A DNA stretch of 64,000 bases from the human T2T-CHM13v2.0 reference genome, Homo sapiens. The DNA is taken from assembly GCF_009914755.1 (NCBI RefSeq), contig NC_060929.1; one strand, written 5' to 3'. The notes beneath the pieces are model-generated. The model ran no database searches. It had not been told where the DNA came from and saw nothing but the letters and a program-made list of their open reading frames with translations. Positions 56,115-64,000 of the stretch are shown here, in pieces. How positions within the stretch are numbered: position 1 is the first letter of the stretch; every line of letters starts with the position of its first letter. The position numbers and the translations under genes were made by a program.

Positions 56115-57413
56115 CTGGTCCTATGTTATGTGACAACTGGATAAGATGACCAATTCTGCATTTTCTTTTCCTTCCAATAGTTCATAAAAGGATCATCTGT
56201 AATCCCTACACCGTATTGACCTGAAATTTGTCTTTGTCAAAACTAGTCCTTATAGGCTCAAAATATTTCCTGACTGATGAACATATACATTCATTTTATG
56301 TAATGAAATAAATATATTCAGAAGCATAGAAAAATAGAAATAATAAATCTTGAAAAAGGAAGAATTTTAAAATGCATAGTATTTGCATTAATTTCAAGGT
56401 GGGGGAAAGGGTTATTTTTGTTTTCTTCTTTATACCTTTCATCACTACAGATATAATTTTCTATAACAAACATTTTGCATTTGAGGGAAGTTTAAAAATA
56501 AAAAGGAGGAGGAAGGAAGATGGAAGATAACTGCCTGAACCCCATATGTGCATTTGTCCCTTTCCTTTGGTAGAACACTGTGCTAACTAGCTTACTTCAC
56601 ACTAGTTTACTTATGCCCTTTCATCCACCTGATAAGGCTGTACATTCTGTGTGAGTATCTTGAATGGCACACATCTAGGTGCCAGGGATGACGATACAGA
56701 CTGTTCTCTTGGTCTATATAATAACAGTAACCAAAAACAACCAGTGGTTACTGTTACTTCCGTTAGTAGAAGGTAACAGTCACCTATAGAATATAGTAAG
56801 CAAAATGTGGATTTAAGTCTGCTTCTCTTTAAGAAACGAGGGTCAAAATGCCAGAATGGACCATGGTAAAAGGAAAGCAATATTCAAAGATACTCAAAAT
56901 TGAATTTGAATATTCAAGCAATATTCAAAAATGTCTTCTCCAGAATGTGAAGTTTTTGATAGGTTTTTCTGTGAATAAAGATTTATATATTGCTTTACAG
57001 AACATTTCCATTTTTATATTATATTTTATCTTTGAACTATGGGTTCCGAATACAGTCCCATGGTTCACTAGTCTTATTTCCATGCCTCCAAACAGGAAGG
57101 AAAAAAATTGAGCCATTGAATGCCTGTGGGAAGAGACAAAAAAAAGTCTATACCAATTTGCAATTAGGTGATTAACACAAGAGCCAGTGGTAACAAGCAA
57201 TGTGTTTTTATTCCAAACATCTTTGCTACAAATTGCGGTTAAAAGCTTCACCCTGAATTTTCTTTTTGTCTTTTGACTGTAGGGTGATGATATAAGGTAA
57301 TTGCACAGTAACTGCAGAATGCTGCATGTTATTTCATGCAAGCCATTTAGTAACTACGTCAGGTAACCACACAGAAAACCCTTTTAATTACAAGATAGGA
57401 TAGCTTGCATTAC

Positions 57414-57667
57414 CCAGCTGCATTCTTTCTGGTTAGCCTTGACCTATCGGCTCATTGCTAAAGCTTCCATTTGTCCCAGGTTGTGCTTCACCAGCTGCCA
57501 AGGGCTACACTGACTCTGGTCGAGTGCTTCTGAAGCTTGAGGCATCACCACGTGGGGATGCCCTCTCTGGTCTCTCCATACATGGACTAATGGCTTGGCT
57601 ACGATTGCTACTTGGATCTGCTCAGTTCTGGTTAGCAACACTTGAAAGATTCTTCTTGTCCTGGATT
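57414..57667 (-). other. Candidate non-coding exon
   Basis: Minus acceptor tatacttttcacttttttcatag|AATCC; donor candidates TAG|gtcaag (57444) or TGG|gtaatg (57414); locally higher GC and CpG; no repeat recognised. Confidence 0.3.
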
Positions 57668-58940
57668 CTATGAAAAAAGTGAAAAGTATAGTTGTTGATG
57701 ACTCAGCCCACACTGACAAATAAATTAAATAGAGCTTCCTTAACAGCTACTTTAAGCAAATATATGCAAACATATATTCACTGTAAGTAATTAACAGTCT
57801 GGAGTTATTCCCTTTCAGCACTCCTTCTAATTTTTCCTCCTTAGAAAATGGTGACTCAGTTAGCTATATGTAGCTAAGAATAATATACCCGCAGTGATCT
57901 TACTTGTGTCCTCTTTTTTCATCGTCCTGGTTTACATGTTATCTACTGATATTCCTCCATTTTTGTGTAGTTCCACTTTCTACTTAAGTACGTGTCAGGG
58001 CTGTTATTTCATTTAGCAAGGTTGGCATGCTAATTTGCAATGCATATTCAGTATTTTTATGCTAATCGCTCAAAATTCAATTTCAAAATACACATAATGA
58101 ATTGTATTTATAACTCTAGCTATTGTTGTTCCTAATTTGCTATGGAATAGATACTTAAACATTGAGAGACACTCTCTCAAGTCCTCCATAAAATATTTGC
58201 TTCTGTAAAGATTCCCTTTTCTGGGACCCTGGCTTTTGACAGTATGAGAATGACTGACTTCCAGGCTAAACGCTACTATGGAGGAGAGACTAGATCTTGT
58301 GCAGAAATTGGATCACCTTATCCAGTGTTTTCTCCAGCTGCAGCTACTGGAGGCCTGTTGCTTGACTATTTCATGGCGGCTTATTTGTGGGCTACGACTG
58401 TTATGTCTAAAGGAAATCATGACTTTCCCCCCATGGGATTTACAGGTATGAGCAGTGACAGAAAGTATAAGTGTAACTTTTACATTACCATTAGAATAGG
58501 CCTATTTTATCTGAAAATTGCATCTAGAAGTTTTTCAGGTTAAAATATTTCACACTGGAGAGAAATATCAATGTGGTGTTTCCGGCCTCCAAAATGTTTC
58601 AATTCTTCTTGTTTTTGTTATGGTCCGTTGGTAGCAATATTCTGCCATGGGTCCTGAGTGAAACTGACAGCCCAACATGCCTCTCTTACTCCATCTCATC
58701 TTCAGCACCAACTCTTCCCAGAGGGGTTCTTTTCTGACCTTCCTGTTTTGATCAATACTCCATCCTCTTCCTGAACCTAGAGAGTCTTCCTTGACTTCTA
58801 GACCCCACACACATTATCAAGTAGCAAAATCCTGTAGTTTTAGAACCATAAAGACAGGAAAGATATATTCAATTTTAAAATATCTAGTTTAAATCATATA
58901 TTTACCCATAAAACCACACAGGTTTCTTTGCTTTGGCTGA

Positions 58941-59237
<297 letters not shown>

Positions 59238-60297
59238 TGAAATTATTTTATATCAGTATGGTAACATTTATTGTCTAAGGATTATTAAAACATTACAATG
59301 TCTTTTGATAGCATCAGAAGAATACCTGAAACATGAACGTAGATCAGACTTAAATTTAAAATGTTGATCATGTGACTGACCTTGGATGTGGGCATAGTAA
59401 CAAGGATCTGATACACAAAGCAGTAAAATATTTTAAAATTTCTGCTCCCTTGTTCAAGTTTGGCGCTTATCATTACCACAACCAGGATAGTGCTGTGACT
59501 TTTTTTTTTAATATTTGATGATTATGAACTGTTAGTTACAATCTAGATTTGTGCCATAATGGGAAAAATACTAATCTCAAATGGAACATGTTTATCTTTG
59601 TTTAGTTAAATATAGTTTGCTTCATAAACCAAATCTTTTGGATCACGGAATCACAGTTGGTGGTAAGATTGGGAATCACCACTATAGCCTCCCTACAAAA
59701 ATAGCTCTTACCTCCATACCCTCTACCCCATTCCAACTGCAAATGCCCTAGTTTATTCCTTCCTTTCCTCTTACTTGGGCTGTTATAAAAGGCTTCTAAC
59801 TAGGCTTCCATTATTTTCTCTCTCTTGATTATATTCATTGCTACTCAAGTAATTAATCCTGCTAAAACATTTTAATACATCTCTATTGACATCCTAAGTA
59901 TAAACTTCCTTACCATGGCATTAAGCCCTCTGAAATACAACTGCAACCTGTATCCTAAGTCTTAACTTTCATTACTGCTTCACAAAATGCCTGTGTCAAT
60001 CCAGATGTACTAACTCTTACTATTAATCATGGCAATTAGATATAAGGTTCTGAATTGTTGACTCCATGGGTCCAAATTTTGACTCTGCCAATAATTAGAT
60101 CTATGACTTCAAGTCCATTCTTTACCCTCTCTGAAACTTAATCCCCTCATTGGCAAAATTGAGATAACTCAAAAAGTTAGTTGTTTGTCATTACTATTAT
60201 TATTATTTAAAGTACCCTTCAGTTTCCTGCCTCTCAAATTTGCTCATTTTCTTTTGTTTTGCTGAACATTCTCCACTCCTTTTTAATCTCTCTAAAG

Positions 60298-60482
60298 CAG
60301 TGGTTCTCCAAGAGTTGTCTTTGAAAAAGGAGTAACAGAATCGCCTAAGAACTTGTTAGAAATATAAATTCTGGGCCCCATTCCAGACGTATTAAATAAA
60401 AAATGTTGAGTATGGGGCCTAGCAATCTGTGTTTTAACAAGTCTTCCAGGTAATCCTGATGCACACTAAACTTTGAGAATCA
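60298..60482 (+). mobile_element. MER5A (hAT-Charlie MITE)
   Basis: cagtggttctc...aacttgttagaaat...aatctgtgttttaacaag...tgatgcacactaaactttgagaa. Confidence 0.85.
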
Positions 60483-60513
60483 AGACCAATCTCAAATGCT
60501 GCCATCTAAAATT

Positions 60514-60545
60514 CTTTTATTCTTTCTTTCTTTCTTTCTTTCTTT

Positions 60546-60588
<43 letters not shown>

Positions 60589-60915
60589 CTCGCTCTCTCT
60601 CTCTTTCTTGTTTTTTTGTTTTGTTTTGAGACAGGGTCTCGCTCTGGCTCTGTCACCTAGGCTGGAGTACAGTAGTACCATCTCAGCTTACTGCAAACTC
60701 TGCCTCCAAGACTCAAGTGATCCTCCTGCCTCAGCCTCCCAAGGAGCTGGGATCACAGGCATGTGCCAACACACACAGCTAATTTTTGTATTTTTAGTAG
60801 AGACAGGGTTTTTCCATGTTGGCCAGGCTGGTCTCGAACTCCTGGCCCCAAGTGATCTGCCCACCTCGGCTTCCCTAAGTGTTGGGATTACAGGTGTAAG
60901 CCATTGCACCTGGCC
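60514..60915 (-). mobile_element. Alu with tail expanded into (TTTC)n
   Basis: (TTTC)n/(TC)n at 60520-60607, then Alu body; taaaatt on both flanks. Confidence 0.92.
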
Positions 60916-62831
60916 TAAAATTATTTCTTATCCTTCCAAGGGCACCTGATCTCTTTCCTGACTAAAACATTTTGAGCAGCACTTTGTACCATACCTTGGC
61001 ATTTCTGCTTTACCTTAACCATATGTGTACATTCATCTTATTCCTCTTTTACTTTTGCCAAATTGTTAACACTTTGCAAGAAGGAACTCTGCTTACTCAT
61101 CTTCCACTAGCAATCAGGGCTTGACAAAGTGTCCTTCAAATATTTGTTTGACTACATTGGAATGAAAGAATCTGTGGTACTTACAGTACTAGAGAATAAA
61201 TAACTAGAAAGAAAACTTTCTTTTTAATATCAATTAAAAATTTCCATTCTGGAAAATTCAACAGCAACATGGATTGGATGCTTCAAGTTCTTAACTAGCG
61301 GAGTTTCAAGAAAGGCAAAGGAGTTAAAGCTCCATCCTTATAATCATCTCTTCATTCTTTGGTTCTGTAGTGTTAGCCCATTTTTTAAACATAACTTTCT
61401 CAATGCATAATGTTGGATGGGAAATGTAATATCAAGAATTGAGGCAAAATGTATGTGTAAGGCTGATGGTTCTGTAAAAGTACTTTCTATTTTATCTGCC
61501 TATAAAAGGTATACACAATGCTATTTGTGCTTCCCATTTTGCTTAAGTAACTTTGAACTCAGAAAGGAATCCAAGCTTGGCCCATTAAATTGCAAATCCA
61601 GTAAAAATAACACATAGTCTCTTTCTTTCTAACTGGATAGAGTCTATCATATACAAAAGGAAATTTAAAAATACTATTTTCTTAAACATCATTCACTAAT
61701 TAGTACTAATAGCAATGTTTTAAAAGAAGGTAAAAAGAAGGAACTAGTGGCTACTTAGATGTCTTCAAATCATGTGTGCACAGTGTGTGTGTGTCTGTAT
61801 ATATATTAATGTACATGTGTGTATATATATATAACAACACATATATACTGGAGACTAAAAATAGAAAATACATACATATATACACTAATGAGATCTTTAT
61901 TTTTAATTAGTTGGATGCTTGATATTGTCCAACTGATAGTTGGGTAGTAGTTGGGCACAGCCTTGTTTTCAAGCAGTTGTAAGTTAGTGTGACTTGCAGT
62001 GATGAAAAAGGAATTCACTGTCATTGGGTTTCTTTTGAGGCAGTGGTTTGTCTGTACTACTTACTTTGCTTGGAGACAACCTTTAATTCTCCACAACTTT
62101 AATAAATTGATATGCAGGCTGAACTCATAGATAACAGAAAGATGTCACCCTCTTCTAACTATATCTATCAGAAGATTGTTGACTTTTATTATTTTTTTGC
62201 CTTTGACAGAGAGTCATGTGCTTGCTGCCTTGTCAGATGTAAGGCAAAGGTTTATGAAACAAAATACAGTTAGTGACTTAAAAATTCTACTGTCTTTTAA
62301 ACTTTTCCATAACAGTAGCATCTACTTATTTTATTTACTGAATATGTGAGAAAAAACAATAACCATGTTAACGACAGAAAGCTAAAGAAGCAGCTGCCTT
62401 GCAGGTAAAGTCCAATCAATACAGCTTCTAACAGGTATTTTTTCCCTCTATTTATAAGGCCCTCAGCTTTACAGATTACTTCCAGAAGGAACTAGAAAGA
62501 GACCTCTTGGAGAAATTCTAAGACACTCCTGAAATGTTCTGGGAAAACTCTACTTGCTGTGGCTGGCTATGGAATAAGATAACAGCAGAGATTTCAGAGA
62601 CACTCTGCACAAGTCACAGAATAAATAATCAGCACACAGAATTCTATTCACCTGCTAGTAAAGACCAAACAGAAACAATTCCAGAACCCATACCTTTATG
62701 ATAAGTAGACTCAGTTAAAAAGAAAAAAAAAAGGGAAGATGATTATAAAATAAAAAGAAGAGAGATTTCTTTTGGAAAAGGGCTCTAGAAAAAATGCAAG
62801 CTCCAATAAGAAATACAGATTATAAGAGCAA

Positions 62832-63210
62832 GCAGGGATGAACTTGAAAACATTATGGTAAATGAAGTGAAATGAGCCTGACACAAGAACAAATATTGTT
62901 GGATTCCATTTATATGAGGTACCTAGAATTGGCAAATTCTTGGAGACAGAAAGTAGGATTGAGGTTACCGGGGCCATAGAGAGTGGAGAATGGGAAGTTA
63001 TTATTTAATGAGTACAGAGTTTCTGTTTCGGATGATGAAATGGTTCTGAAAATGGATAGCATAGCCTTGTAAATATACTTAATAACATTCAATTATACAC
63101 TTTCAAAAGGTTAAAAGAATAAGCTTTATGTTAAATATATTTTATACACTTTCAAAAGGTTAAAAGAATAAGCTTTATGACATGTATATTTTGCCACAGT
63201 TTTAAAAATA
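62832..63210 (+). mobile_element. L1MB-like 3' end
   Basis: gatgaacttgaaaacattatg...gattccatttatatgaggtacctaga...tttaatgagtacagagtttctgtt. Confidence 0.85.
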
Positions 63211-63683
63211 TAATGTAAACAAATGAAAAAAAGCAAGTAAGGAGACCTTGTGATAGAAAGTCCCTCTGATACTAACATGTTATGAACTTACAGAAAAGAA
63301 AAAAAAAGTTTTCAGAAGAACTATAAAAAGAAGAAATACATTGGATCCTCATCTGCAAGAATTATACTATGTTACCCATACAGAAAAACAACAGAAAATC
63401 AAAAAATAGAACAGAAAGCCAGCTAGCACTGAGCAGTGATATTTTTGAAAAGGGAGGTGATCATAAGTAGGACCGATTCTAATAATATCCTGTCTATTTA
63501 CAATGTTTTTATAAAAGTTATTGTATTCTGTAGACCACCATCCTTACCTATGAAGAAGAAAAAAGGTAAAAAACAAGCCATTTACTGATAAAACAGTTGG
63601 CCAGAGAGGAAGACTGATTCTTTACCACAAAGTTAGAGATACTGAGTTGCAGCATAAAGGGTGAAATTGTATTTAAAGCTTCA

Positions 63684-63998
<315 letters not shown>

Positions 63999-64000
63999 GA

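Noticed and set aside
58262-58290. Peptide KRYYGG resembling a serine hydroxymethyltransferase motif
   Set aside because: No similarity on either side of the six residues; chance match
60473-60949. Longest ORF in the track (158 aa)
   Set aside because: Read-through of (TTTC)n and an antisense Alu

Overview
AT-rich primate (human-like) genomic DNA, intronic or intergenic in character. I can support no protein-coding gene, RNA gene or prokaryote-type system. The recognisable ORFs in the track are L1/Alu/LTR remnants and the rest look like chance frames. Roughly half the window is transposon-derived: about 15 Alus (J, S and one Y), L1 fragments of many ages, six or more ERV1/ERVL/MaLR solo LTRs, L2/MIR relics and hAT MITEs. 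The most notable structures are: a divergent CpG-retaining LTR1/LTR8 pair 72 bp apart with an exact ARE/AP-1 site; two independent 5'-inverted (twin-primed) L1 insertions with readable TSDs; a MER81 carrying an exact kappa-B site; a tail-to-tail Alu pair 41 bp apart; several short templated inversions or duplications; and a repeat-poor block at about 55.2-58.9 kb with AP-1/POU motifs and candidate non-coding exons. Repeat families were recognised by eye from remembered consensus sequences, so subfamily names and the edges of old elements are approximate. I found no convincing novel biological system.
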